Source: Blastocystis sp. Blastoise
Lineage: Eukaryota; Protista; Bigyra: Opalinata
Direction: 5' to 3'
Assembly: GCA_039096225.1 (NCBI GenBank)
Contig: JBBPEB010000018.1
Span: 62,001-126,000 of the forward strand
Length of the DNA stretch: 64,000 nucleotides
How positions within the stretch are numbered: position 1 is the stretch's first letter; each line of letters opens with the position of its first letter. Positions 1 through 12,416 of the stretch are shown in pieces. Position numbers and translations under genes: made by a program. The notes under the pieces were generated by a model. That model saw only the letters and a program-made list of their open reading frames with translations, made no database searches and was not told the origin of the DNA.

Positions 1-659
1 GACCAGACAATTGGAAAATAAACATGGGGTAAACTTGATTTTTTATCAATCCCACAATATACGTTATCCGTGTTTATTCTTTATATTTATCTATTTTTTA
101 ATACTTTTTCATATTGAACACGTGAGGCCTTAACGGTCAAATTTAGATTCTTAATTTGACATCATATTCTGATTCAGGAGGTCAAAAAACCTAGGTGTAC
201 CAATTTTCAGCTCCTGAGGACGATTTTTGAGTGATCGATATTTTCTTTGATCTTCTTATAATCGACTAATATTACAGTATTGTAATTGATAGGTCCTCAA
301 ACTACTATAGTTAAAACAAAGTCTTAAAATAATGAGTTTGAGTGTCACAATTCTGAAAAATGTGAATTAAGTGGTCTTAGAGGATAAGATTCAATATAAT
401 GACTTTTATTTAGTAAACTAGAGATAATACTCTATACTATATTAAAAGAAGAGTCAAAACTATGAAAGTCAAAGTGTATGACCAAATGACAAAATGTGTC
501 TTAAAAAGTAAAAGGGTGTCTATATGTGTTTCAAATGTTAAGTCAAGTCAATTCTATGAATAAGAGCTTTAAATAAATAGTTTAAGGTTGTCAAATTCAA
601 AAGAATGTGTAAAACATAGTCTTAAACTATGAATAAAAAATTTAGAGATATTAATCAGT

Positions 660-1737
660 GTACAGCTGTAGTAGCTCTACAACATATCAAAAGTACAAAG
701 AAAATAATTTTTAGAGAGTGGATGTGTGAAGGGTTGTGACTATTATTTAAAATTTATTTTTACTTCAGTTTGAGCAAAATCGTGAATTTCGTGCACTGTA
801 GAAAAATTGAGTCAAAAAATCAACTCTAAGGGTCTTAATTTTGAAAAATGTAAAAATGAGTGACTTAGAGGACGAGATTCAATATTTGAGTGTTTAGTCA
901 TTAAACTAGACTGTATGATCTATATTATATTAAAAGAAGGGACAAAACTATTTTGATCAAAGTGTATGACCAAATGGTAAAGTGTCTTTAAAAGTGTTAT
1001 GGTGATGCCAGTTGTGTTTAAGGGTCTAAATCAAGTTTACTCTTAAAATATCAACTTTAAATAACCAGTTAAAGGTTGTCAATTTGTCAAAATGTTTTAA
1101 AGCGTGTCTTAAACAAAGAGATTCAAGAAGTTGACTTTCATTTTATACATAACATGTATATATAAACACTTTACTAAAAGAACTTTGGAAAATATTGTGG
1201 ATGAGTGTTTTGTCAAATGGCAAAGTTGTATCAAGAGTTGATTGTTTCCATTCATTTTTGTTTAAATCAATGTTTTATGTCTACTCTATAAAAATAACCT
1301 TTTAATACTGAGTTTAACGTTTAAAAGTCAACATGTGTGTTTGGTTTGTTTACTTTTGAGAGTTGAAAATCAGTTTAAAATGATAAATTATGACATACAC
1401 GTCTATATTGATTGATTCAAACAGTTTTGAGATGACTTAGTTGCTCGAGTTAAAATGGATTTTGTTCTCATTCTGACTGTTGTTGAGAAGAGGAAGTCTA
1501 AAAAAAACTATAAAAAGTTAGATATATGTATGCAATGTCAAAATTGAAAAGTATAAAGTAAAATGGATTAAAATGAATTTAAAAAAGAGAATATATATAT
1601 ATATATATAATATGTAAAAAATATTAAAGAAAAAGAAAAATAAGACTTCATGTCAGGAATTGAACCTGAAAACAATCTATAATGATTGTTTCTCTCCTTC
1701 TAGAGCATAAAGGGAGTTTATAAATAATAATAATAAT

Positions 1738-1740
<3 letters not shown>
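660..1740 (+). repeat. Diverged ~1.1-kb direct repeat, copy 1 (copy 2 at ~4890-5960)
   Basis: Collinear anchors at ~4.23 kb offset: CTCTACAACAT, GATTCAATA, AAAGTGTATGACCAAATG, AGAGATTCAAG, TCAGGAATTGAACCTGA. Boundaries are approximate. Confidence 0.7.
1644..1717 (-). ncRNA. tRNA-like cloverleaf / Pol III A+B box module, copy A (not a canonical tRNA)
   Basis: Minus strand: CTCCCTT-TA-TGCTC-TAGAAGGA-GAGAA-ACAATC-ATTATA-GATTGT-TT-TCAGG-TTCAATT-CCTGA-CATGAAG. Perfect T arm with B box GGTTCAATTCC; imperfect acceptor stem; abnormal anticodon loop. Confidence 0.55.
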
Positions 1741-1771
<31 letters not shown>

Positions 1772-1772
<1 letters not shown>

Positions 1773-2365
1773 GGAATGAAGGAAGTAGGAAGAAAGAAGT
1801 AGGAAGTAGGAAGAAAGAAGTAGGAAGTAGGAAGAAAGAAGAAAGAATGAAGAATGAGGAAGAATGAAGTAGGAAGGATGAGGAAGGATGAGGAAGAAGG
1901 AAGAATGAGGAAGGATGTAAAAGTAGGAATGATGAGGAAGAAGGAAGAATGAGGAAGAAGAAGGAAAAAACAAGGATGAAGGATGAGGAAGAAGGAAGAA
2001 GGAAGAATCAAGGATGGGAAAGAAGAAAGAAGGAAGCAGGAAGAAGGAAATGATGAATGATGAAGCAGGAAGAAGTAGGAAGAAGTAGGAAGAAGTAGGA
2101 AGAATGCCAGATGAGGAAGAAGGAAGTAGGAAGAATAAGGAAGACGGAAGAAGGATGAGAAAGAAGGAAGAAGTAAGTAGGATGAGGAAGAAGGAAGAAT
2201 AAGGAAGGAAGAATGACGGATGAGGAAGGAAGGAAGAAAGAAGTAGGAAGGATAAGAAAGACGGAAGAAGAAAGAAGGAAGAAAGAAGGAAGAAAGAAGT
2301 AGGAAGGATAAGGAAGAAGGAAGAAGTAAAATGAAGAAGAAAGAAGGAAGAAAGAAGAAAAAAGA
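1772..2365 (+). repeat. Purine-rich low-complexity repeat (AGGAAGA/GAAGTAG-type units)
   Basis: Nearly pure A/G on the + strand. The three overlapping F/L/S-rich minus-strand ORFs are artefacts of this repeat. Confidence 0.9.
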
Positions 2366-2369
2366 ACAA

Positions 2370-2955
2370 GAAGACTATAAAACCTATATATAATAGAAAA
2401 CATATAAAAATAAATAAATAATAAATAAATAATAAATAAATAAATATAATAAATAAATAAATAAATAAATATAATAAATAAATAAATATAATAAATAAAT
2501 ATAATAAATATAATAAATAAATATAATAAATAAATAAATAAATATAATAAATAAATAAATAAAAAACATAAATAAATAAATAAAAAACATAAATAATAAA
2601 TAATAAAAATGAAAATAATAAATAAAATATAAATATATACCTAATAGATTAATCTGAAACCACAGACTAAAGAAGAATGACATGAAAAAACGAAGACGAC
2701 AACACATCAACAACATTTTCTTTCCTATAGAATAAAAATAATTAAAAACTATTTAATAAATGATATAAAAAGACAAAATAAATAATATAGATAACAAAAA
2801 TATAAAATAAAACAAAGTAATGAGAGAATTAAAAAACAAATACTATAAAAATAAATATATATTATATACCTGACACAAAGTAATCCAATTCACATAGCCG
2901 TGACCACTTCAAGAACTCTTTACTACAACAACCAAGACAAATATAAGAGAATCCT
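2370..2955 (-). pseudogene. Exon-like fragments with GT-AG introns (element cargo, unknown product)
   Basis: Minus-strand AG|G...AG|GTAT-bounded, GC-richer segments at ~2870-2953 and ~2642-2725, separated by AT-only introns. No recognisable domain. Confidence 0.3.
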
Positions 2956-3310
2956 ATAAAAAAGTGTATTATTTTGAATAAATAAATAACTATATAGATA
3001 GATAGATATAATGCAATATAAAACAATATCAAATAAATAAATAAAATATACAGAATCAAATAATATAATCAAATATTTAAAAAATGTAAAAAACTATGTT
3101 TTTTGGGTACCATAAATGTTTTTAATAGAAAATGACCCAATTATTACTTTTGTAAATAAATCAATGAAAACTCAAGGGTATTTTTGATTTCTATTAGATT
3201 TTAAGAAGCATATTTTTATAAAAGACCCTTTTCTTTAAAAGTAGAAATATAAACACAATTTTTATATTAAGAGAAAACACTTATTTTTTATAATTAAAAT
3301 ATTATCTAAG

Positions 3311-4410
3311 ATGCCTCAGAAGGCATGATGCTGTCAAGATCGAAGTGTGTAGATGGAAAAATATACATTTCTCAAAAACTTTCAGGTTCTTCTACTCAAT
3401 AGGATCCAGTTGTGTATGTTCTTGGTCTTGGTATTACTTGCTCTGATGGTCTTAAAGGTTCTTCTATGTTATTTGTATCATACGGAGGCTGTGGTGTTGC
3501 CTGTTATGCTAACTGTGAAGGTTCTTCTGTTGCTTTAAATGATGCTAATGGTTCTGTTTACGTAGATATAGGTTCCTCTTATGGTATTGAAGGTTCTTCA
3601 GTTGTTGTGCATGTAAACAGTGGTGTAGATGAAGATATCTGTGTAGTGTTGAAGGTTCTTCTGATGTTTTCAATACTGCTGCTGATGTTGTTGGTGATCA
3701 GGTAGACTGTTCCTATGGTATTAAAGGTATATATATATATTGTCATTCATTTATTATTATTTTTTTTTTATTTATTATTTGTCTATTACTGTTTCTTTAT
3801 AGGTTCTTTTATTGTTGTGTGTGTGGTTGCTGAAGGTGTTAATAATTAAGGTATGTCTATTTTTTAAATTTAATTTAGTTTATTTTTATTTATTATTTAT
3901 ATATAGGTCCTTCTATTCTGATCGAGTCTTCTATTATAGGTAATGATACAGGTATATTCATATTTCTTTATTTTTTAATTTCTTTTTATTTTATTAATAC
4001 TAATTTGTTCATATATAGGTTGTTCAACTCAGTTATGATATCATGGTTATTCTTCTGTTCCTTCTTTAGAAGGTATATATATATATATATTTATTGTTTA
4101 TTCATGTATATTATTATTATTATCTCAATCATTTATTATATATAGGTGTACCATCTAATTTGGAATACTATCATCATGATGATAATGTTTATTCTTATAA
4201 ATAGAAATATATCTAAAGGTATATATATATATTACATATATTTATTATAATGTATCTTTTATATATATATCTTTATCTATATAGGTGATAGTGTGGATAG
4301 GTCTCTAATACTTAAAGGTATATATATATATCATATATTTATTATTATATCTCTTATATATATATATATATATGTCTTTTATTTTTTAGGCTTTTCTAAT
4401 ATGATGGGTA
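3311..4410 (+). pseudogene. Degenerate multi-exon gene with EGSS/KGSS repeats and 3' micro-exons (element cargo)
   Basis: ORF 3412-3705 has repeated (E/K)GSS. It is preceded by an in-frame TAG and a frameshift, and followed by ~6 short exons bounded by TATAG|G and AAG|GTAT. Confidence 0.45.
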
Positions 4411-4552
4411 TACTTAGAATGTTTTTATTTTTTTAATTTTCTTTTTCTTTTGCTTATTATTTTTTATTTATATTTTCTTTCTTTATATATCTATTTATTT
4501 ACTTTGTTTAGCTTTAGCTAATCTATATTTACTTATTTAATATAATACTTTG

Positions 4553-4583
<31 letters not shown>

Positions 4584-4889
4584 TGTTTTTTTGCTTTGTT
4601 TTTTAATTTTAATTGTTGACTATTAAAACAATTGTTAAATTAGTTAATATTAATAGTATGGATCATTTTAATCTTTGTATTTAATTTAATTAAAACATTT
4701 ATTGATCTCATCTAATTCTATATAGACTCACCAATGTAATCATATCAATAATTGACTTATTATTAAGTTTTGAATCCTCCACATACTTTTTTTATATAGT
4801 TTATTATATGTAAAATTGTAAAAATTAATAAATGTTAAAAAATAGGCTCTTCAACTAAGAGATTAAAAATTCTAAAAATTGTTTAATAT

Positions 4890-5960
4890 AAAATAGCATG
4901 CACTCTACAACATGTAAAAAATTAAAATAATTTTATTTTTCACAAGTGAATTAAAAATGTGTTTGAGTTGTCTAAAAATTTAAAAGAGTTTGTCTGTTTG
5001 TTTAAAACTGTGTTTTTGTTATAATATGAAAGTACTGACTTTTAAAAACAAGTTTAAAGGGTTTTATTTAAAAAAAATATAATAATAAGTTTTAGGAGGA
5101 TGCGATTCAATACGAAACATTTTATTTATCAAACTATAATTTATGTTTTAAACTATATCAAAACGAGGGACAGAAATACACTTGACAAAGTGTATGACCA
5201 AATGTAAAAGGCTTATAAAGAGTGTTAAAATCGTTATTAACGTGTTTATAGAGTTATGCTGAGTATAGTGTGTAAATGTTAGCTTTTTAAATTAACTTTA
5301 AGTGTGTCAACTTTTCAAAATGTATAAAAAAGGGTCTCTATATCAGAGATTCAAGACATCAAATTTTAATTAATATATAACACAATGAGATCTATATTGT
5401 GTGAAAGTTATGTTTAAAACTATTTTGATACACTGGATATCAAAATGGTGAAGTCTCTCTAAAACCGATATTGTTGACACCTTTATGTATAGAAATGCTA
5501 TTTAAAGTGACTTTATTAATATTAATTCTAAAACTATGTGTTTAAGTCGTTAAAGTGAAAATGAATGTTGACTTTGTTGTGTTAAATGGGTTTTGGTTTT
5601 ATGAAATGATTAAAGAAAGTGTAAACTACCTTATTATAATCTATTTAAAATGATTTTACATAATAATGACTTTCAATACTTAACATTGTGAGCCATTTCT
5701 AAATTTATTAGCTTTAGAAACTCCATAATAATTAAAATAGTAACTTAACTATTTATAAATACAATATATATTTTTAAAATAATAAATAACAAATATAATG
5801 ATTCAAAAAGGGTTTCTCATTTTTTTAAGTATTGTTTTTAGTTTTTCAGATACTATTCAAATGATCAATTTAATAATTATATCAGGAATTGAACCTGATT
5901 ATAATCAACAAATGATTATTACTCTCCATATAGAGTATAAGAAGTGTTAATAAAATAATA
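4890..5960 (+). repeat. Diverged ~1.1-kb direct repeat, copy 2
   Basis: Same collinear anchors as 660-1740. Confidence 0.7.
5881..5945 (-). ncRNA. tRNA-like cloverleaf / Pol III module, copy B
   Basis: Minus strand: TACTC-TATATGGA-GAGTA-ATAATCA-TTTGT-TGATTAT-AA-TCAGG-TTCAATT-CCTGA. T arm identical to copy A; 3' acceptor strand lost. Confidence 0.5.
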
Positions 5961-6064
5961 TATATAATATATAATATATAGTATATAATATATATTATAT
6001 ATTATATATAATAGATAATAATGAAAAAAAGAAAATAAAAGCCAAACTGTTATTATTCTTTGTA

Positions 6065-6112
6065 GCCGCAGGTCCGGTGCCGTTAGGCCCCGGACCTGCG
6101 GCGTGACCCTAG
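6065..6112 (+). terminator. Helitron 3' terminal hairpin plus CTAG
   Basis: GCCGCAGGTCCGG-T-GCC-GTTA-GGC-C-CCGGACCTGCGGC-GTGACC-CTAG|T; a GC island in very AT-rich DNA. Confidence 0.85.
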
Positions 6113-6139
6113 TAGAATATAATAGAATATAGCATATAA

Positions 6140-7120
6140 ATACCTTGAGTCAATAGCTTTGATCCTGAATCTATATATATATATATATATATATAATATA
6201 GTATAATAGTTTAAATGATTGTATACTTAATAATAATTAATAATATATATATACATACTTTTCGTATTTATTTTTAGTGGATTTATAAATACGCATAAAA
6301 ATATTTTATAAGACAAAAATGAAAAGCTAAATAAATATATACCATTATTATTTGAAGATTCAGCATCCTCATATTGTGATAATAACGATAAGACTGGACA
6401 ATCAGATTCCATAGTACTTAAACAATACTGAAAGATTTAGCAAAAAGCACCTTCTATATATATAAAAGGTATATTAAAACAAATGGTTTAATAAATCAAA
6501 AAGATATACATAATAAAAGAAATAATATATTATAATATAAATATATACATGACATCAAAGATATTTTGTGGTGAATTTACATATCAAAAAATGAATGGTG
6601 AACTTTTAAAAACGGAATCTTCATATCATTTTTTTCATAATAACCAACCATTTATTTATAACTTCCAGCTACATTTCTTTTCTTTCTTTTCTTTCTTTGG
6701 ATAGCATAGTTGTAACAGTCAATTCTTAAGATGAGTAATAGCATACCTAATAAAAAAGTTATACATTATCCCCTGTATCATTAGTTTACCCATTTACATT
6801 GTATCATTACCAAATATAATTTATTATATTTATCATCTACTCTCTATACATATATAAATTAATTAATAAAAACACGATAAAGACAAAAATGAAAATAAAC
6901 TTACAGAAGGAATTATTAAAATAAAGAATGATTTGGTTGTTACCAATATATTAATATGTTGAACGTAGAAATAGCATAGTAGTTTTAAGTAACCCTTTCT
7001 TATATCACTCTAAAATCAGCTAAAGTTTCTTTGTTCACAATTAGGCAATCATTCTTTCAATCAGTTAAAAATTCATTAATTAGACATTCTACCATTGGCG
7101 CTTTTAATTCTGTTCATGAA
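6140..7120 (-). pseudogene. Decayed multi-exon gene, possibly protein kinase-derived
   Basis: Spliced-looking fragments with stops (EGAFC*IFQYCLSTMESDCP; DDKYNKLYLVM; YAITHLKN*). DDKYNKLYLVM resembles kinase subdomain IV-V, but no catalytic motif is recognisable. Confidence 0.35.
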
Positions 7121-7599
7121 ATGACTTGCTAAATGTATTTAAATCTATTTCTAAATACAGTACAATAAAAAAAAGAAAAGAAAAGAAAAATACTGAAAGT
7201 TTTAAAATATTCTTTTTCATTTTTATTGTTAGCTCATCTTCTTATGTGTTTCAAACAGAGATTAATAAGATTATTGATCACTATAAAAAAATTTGAACCT
7301 TTTTAATTAAGATTGTAAAACAATTACATCTATATCAGTTTGCAAAAAGTATTATTTTATAAAAATTAGCATAATAATAAAACATTTATAATATTATTAT
7401 GTAGAAATATAATATTAATTATGAATTAAGTCCATAATCTTCATGTGTTTGACTTAAAAAATAATGTAGATAATTCTGTCAAGACCTCTTTTTTTTTATC
7501 TTATTTTAACTTTTAATATAATATAATATTATAAAGTTTTCATATATTTTATAAGATAGACACATATAGTATTAAATATGACAAAAATAAATAATAAAA

Positions 7600-9032
7600 A
7601 CATAATAATAATGGTCGAAATTGACCTTAGTTGAAACATCAAAAATAAAATTTTTGAGAAAACGCAAAATTTCTTTTTCATTTTTGACACCGAGACCCAA
7701 CGATATTTTATATTTTGACTTTATATATTTATGTAATAGTATAATAACTATTAATATGACTTTTAAAAAGTGTGTTAGAACGACTTTTTTTGGTACAAAG
7801 TCGCAATTAACTTTTTTTGACCTTTTTTAAAAAGCCTTTAAAGACATAAAATATCATAATGTATCCTATGGGGCATCCTTACACCAAATATAAAGTCATA
7901 AGTCGAAATTAATGGGGTCGAAATCTGCCGATACACCAACTTTGTTGTCATAAACATGCAATAATGATATATTTGTGTATGGTAGAGGTCACTGTATTCA
8001 TATATAAAATCAGAATTTGATTTTATGAGGGTCAACCAAACAGATATCCACTCATTCTTGTCTTAAAAGAAACCTGATGGGTTCAATGAGTGGCGAATTT
8101 TATCTAAACTACAAATATTAAGTCCAAATTTCTTTATTAAGAGTGAAATGATTTCGATATCTCTTCGACCTTTTTATTTTAAAAATGTGTTCAAATAATT
8201 TATGAATATAAACTCATAAGATAAATCCTGTAACGTTTAAAAATTAATAAAATAAAAAATGTTGACAGAACGCGCGATTGAAGTTTTTTGTCAATTTTTC
8301 AACATGTCAAAAACAGGTTTTAATGACTTTTAGGATGGTTTCATGAGTTATCATGATGATCCAGATAGTTTTCATTAAAATTCAAAGGAGTCAAAAGAGA
8401 ATGTGTCCGATATCTCAATACTTTGTGGATCAATTTTTTTAAAAGCTTTATATATTATCATTACTCAGGTTATTTTATGTATATAAGTTAATTTCAATCA
8501 ATTAAAGTCTCTTAAAAAAAGGATTCTTGTCTAATTGTCTTTTTAAAGTTTAAAAATCGTTTATACATGTGGCGAGAAATGTTATGCATTTAAAATAAAT
8601 TATATTAATATTTAATGACAAATATTAAGTACATCATAAAGAAAAATATAACTTAAAAATGAAATTTATAAAAAATAAATTTTACAAAATATAAAAAGAA
8701 ATTTTTAAGTAGAAAAATGTAAAAAATGAAAAAATTTCTGAGAAAATGAAAAATAAATAGGAATTTTATGTACGAAATATGTTTATTGGATAAAAACTCA
8801 AATTTTGAATTTTAGCCAATTATTTGGGGCATTTCCGTTAAATTTTTTTTTGTCTTACCGTTTTAGGCCCTTAGACGTGGAATTTTTGAAAATTTTAAAA
8901 GCGCGTCATAATACGTTTTTCATGTAGTATCTTACTCTGTTATCAGTGTAACATAGATATGTAACACAAAAAAGTAATCGGTCCATTTATATCAGTACAA
9001 TTTTGTGCTTACTTATCCCTTTTATATATAAG

Positions 9033-9033
<1 letters not shown>
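7600..9033 (-). mobile_element. 3'-truncated Helitron-like element, diverged relative of the 3-kb family
   Basis: Minus strand starts A|TCTTATATATAAAAGGG, typical of a Helitron 5' end. It shares collinear motifs with the 3-kb element (TTCAAAAATTC, CCAAA.AATTGG, TTTTATCCAATA, GATATC.GACACATTC). No 3' hairpin found. Confidence 0.5.

Positions 9034-9080
<47 letters not shown>
9034..9080 (+). repeat. (ATT)n microsatellite
   Basis: Direct reading. Confidence 0.95.
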
Positions 9081-9423
9081 GTATTTCATATTATGTAGAA
9101 AAAGTCAAAAAAGAATAAAAAGAATGTTACTGTTTCAAGTACTAAATCTGTTACAAACACTGTATTTATTCAACGAAATATTATAAAACCATCTTTTCAT
9201 ACTATATAATTTATTATTTTTTATTGTTATTCAAATGTCTTTATTTTATATACTATTTGTCTATTATATTTAATGCGATGATACTATTGTTTGGGTATAT
9301 TAAATACACGTCTTTCTATAAATTTGCTAAATATTAATCATTTTTTTAAAGTTTTAATTAATAAACTTTATTAACAATATATAAAAAATATTATTATGAA
9401 CAAAATATTATATGACTTTTATG

Positions 9424-12402
9424 TATTAATATCCTTAATTTAGTTCATGTAGCGTACGGTGTCTCACACACTTTCACTATTATTGACTTTGTTATTAACT
9501 TTTATAAAATAAAAATAACATCATAAAAACCGGAACACAATTCTAAAAATGACTGTTAAAGAAAATTTTCAAAAATTCTAAATTTCTGGCTAAAAAACGC
9601 AAAAAACCATTTTCGCACAAAATTTTAACCAAAATTATTGGATTATTTTTATTTTATCCAATATTTTTCATTTTTATAAAAACACTTATTTTTCGTTTTT
9701 CATTTTTTATTGTTTTCTTATTTTTCCTATATCTATTCACATACTCTATATTTATTTTTATAAAATTGACTTTTATTGACGGGTTGGTCTTATAAATAGT
9801 TTTGACGGGTAAATTTGTTTATATTAAGAACTTGACAACATATCAATACACAGATCACTAACTTTAAACTCTAAAATGACTACATTCGTAATGTAAATGA
9901 CTTTAACTACTCTAAAACAACAATAATTCCTTTAAATAACGACAAAAGACAAACTGATATCCGACACATTCCTTCTTTATAAACTTATTTGAGTTTATTC
10001 AAGTTATTTAGAATCAATACATGTCATAAGTATATCTTTTAGTTGTTTAAAAAGTTTTAATAAGAAAATATTTGATAATAGAAATTTTGATGTTTTGATA
10101 GTATAGTTTGTTATTCGTCTTTCTCCTTGAGTTTTGGGTATTTTTTAAAAATAAAAGTATAATTATAATTAAGATAAGCTATTGCAGATACATATTTTTT
10201 ATTTTATCTAAATATATAATATTGACTGAGAAACATTCATTTATATGAAAAACATAAAAATGAAAATTTTCAAAAAAGGGTATAGTTTGTTATTGTGATT
10301 TCTCAATCAATTCTTAATAAAATAAAAAAGTTTAAACATATTTAGAAACTAGACATGTCATAGCAGATACATATTTTTCATTTTTTTAATTAATTGAAAA
10401 CTCAGGTGACAAGAGTCAATAGTTGAACTCAATAAAAAATGACTTTCAAAAAATTTTCTTAAAAAGTTTTCATTTGTTTTTTGTTTATATTTTCATCATT
10501 AACAATTTTATTTGACATTTGACACTATATTTAAAAACTACATACCAAAATAAACATATTTTACAATTTTATTTTGTTTTTAAAAGACTTTGACAACAGA
10601 TCACCAGACAATGTTAACTCAATAAACTCTTAAAACGTTTAGATTAGTGTTTAGAATCATTTATGGACACTGAATATGACTTATTTGAAAAAATTAAGAC
10701 AACATGTTGAACTGATACTGACAATGTTTGCTTTAAAAAGTCAGTTATGAGTCATTATGAGTTGTATATGTCATAAATAAGCTTTAAATAAATAAATTTG
10801 TTTTTAATTGTCTTTAATTAGTGAAATAAGTCGTTTAAAAAAAGAAAATGTTTTTGAGACTAAAATTTATTTTGACAATTTTTCCATCAATATTTATTTT
10901 TAAAAAATAAATAAAACTTATATATAAACTAGACAACCTATAGTATATATATTTATAAAAATTTTATCTAAATATAAAATAACTTTTGAGATAAAAAATT
11001 ATATATGCAAAACATAAAAAAATTAATTTTTGGAAAAAGGGTATACTTTATAACATTAATTTCTCAGTCAATATTTAATTATATTTAATAATTTTAATAA
11101 ATTAATATAGAGAATAAAATATATTAACGATATAAATTTTAACATTTAAAATTAATTAAGAAATGAGTTCAGTAGAGTCAATAGTATAACATGTTAAAAA
11201 ACTGAAAATTGAAAAATCGTTTTTCTAAAAATTTTCCGAAAGTTGACAAATCAAATTCATATTTGACAATTAATTTTTACATATTTGATAACTAGACCTT
11301 ATATGTATTGCATATCTCTAAAAAATAGTCAAAATTGAGTTTGAGGAGTGTATGAGTATATGCACATGTTGACTCATAATTTTGAAAAAAGTAGTTCGAT
11401 GTGTCCTAAATCACATATTAGGGCAATTCTGAAAATATTATCACTTTATAATGAGTTTAAAGGGTAAAATAATTTTGAATTGTCTGTTTGACTGTCTTAA
11501 GTTAAGAGATTCAATACACTTTTTGTAAAAATGAGTATTAGAGTGTTTAATGTTTATAATAATTAAAGAATTGTTTGAAATAAAGGTGGTTGTGTGTTTG
11601 ACCAAAATGTTAAAATGAGTCTATTTTTAAAAAATGGTTGTAATAAGTATGTATAGAGTGTTTTTAAATTGTTTTATATTAAAATCTACAATAAATAAAC
11701 ATTTTAAGTTGTTTAAAAATTTGATTCTTTAGAATTACAATAGTTAAGTCAAGAGATTCAAGTCACTTTTTATAATAATAAAAAATAGAGTCATAATAGA
11801 ATATAGAATATTAAAAATTAGTCTAATTAAATGTGGTTGACTGTTTGATAGGAATGTTAAAATGGGTAAAAAGATTTTAATTGTTTCTAAAACCGTATAA
11901 TACGTTTATTTTTGACTAAATACAAAAATATTATAGTTTAAAGAATGTTTTTTGTCTTTCAAAAGAACTCATTTTTTGTAATTGTGACTTTAAATAAATG
12001 AAATTCAAGTTATTTTTTACAAATTAAAATAATAAATTAAATATATGTATATATTAGCATAAAATTAATTTTAATAAAAGTAGATATGTGTATTTCAAAA
12101 TGTTAAAGTTTTTTAGAGTTTTTTTATAATAACTTATTTATTGTATAGACTATATTTTATGTACAATAATAAACGTTTTTAAAGTATTTAAACATATTTA
12201 GTTATGAAATGTAGTGTAATCTTCGTTTTATATTTTAATTCTTAGTTTTTATTTAATTAAATGGTTGTTAATAATATTATTAAATTTGAATTTATTATGA
12301 ACTATTAATTTAAAATAATGAAAAGATATTTTTTTTACAAAATTTTTTTTATTTTTATTTAGATTCAAGCGTAGGCTGGCGTAGCCAGTCGTGAAACGCT
12401 TG
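9424..12402 (+). mobile_element. ~3-kb non-autonomous Helitron-like element, family B, copy 1
   Basis: Starts TATTAATATCCTTAATTTAG...TACGGTGTCTCACACAC and ends AGATTCAAGCGTAGGCTGGCGTAGCCAGTCGTGAAACGCTTG|T. Collinear with two other copies. No TIR, TSD or real ORF. Confidence 0.75.
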
Positions 12403-12416
12403 TAGGTAGTAAAATA

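Larger units (their letters stand above)
1..6112 (+). mobile_element. Non-autonomous Helitron-like element (family A); 5' end not located, probably outside the window
   Basis: 13-bp perfect GC-rich stem GCCGCAGGTCCGG/CCGGACCTGCGGC (6065-6102), then 6 nt, then CTAG|T (6109-6113): the canonical Helitron 3' terminus. Internal ~244-bp repeat units are present. No Rep/helicase ORF seen. The 5' extent is inferred. Confidence 0.6.

Noticed and set aside
1644-1717. Functional tRNA gene
   Set aside because: Mismatched acceptor stem, non-7-nt anticodon loop and too short a variable region; kept only as tRNA-like.
660-5960. LTR retrotransposon (long direct repeats)
   Set aside because: No TG...CA ends, PBS/PPT arrangement or gag/pol remnants; a Helitron terminus follows the second repeat.
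9429-9442. ATATCCTT (U12 donor) / TCCTTAA (branch-like) at the 5' end of family B, suggesting a spliceable element
   Set aside because: The element ends in TG, not AC, and copy 3 is antisense to its host gene. Likely coincidence.
12361-12403. Hammerhead ribozyme at the family B terminus (GAAAC next to stems)
   Set aside because: No CUGANGA core on either strand nearby; better explained as a rolling-circle terminator.
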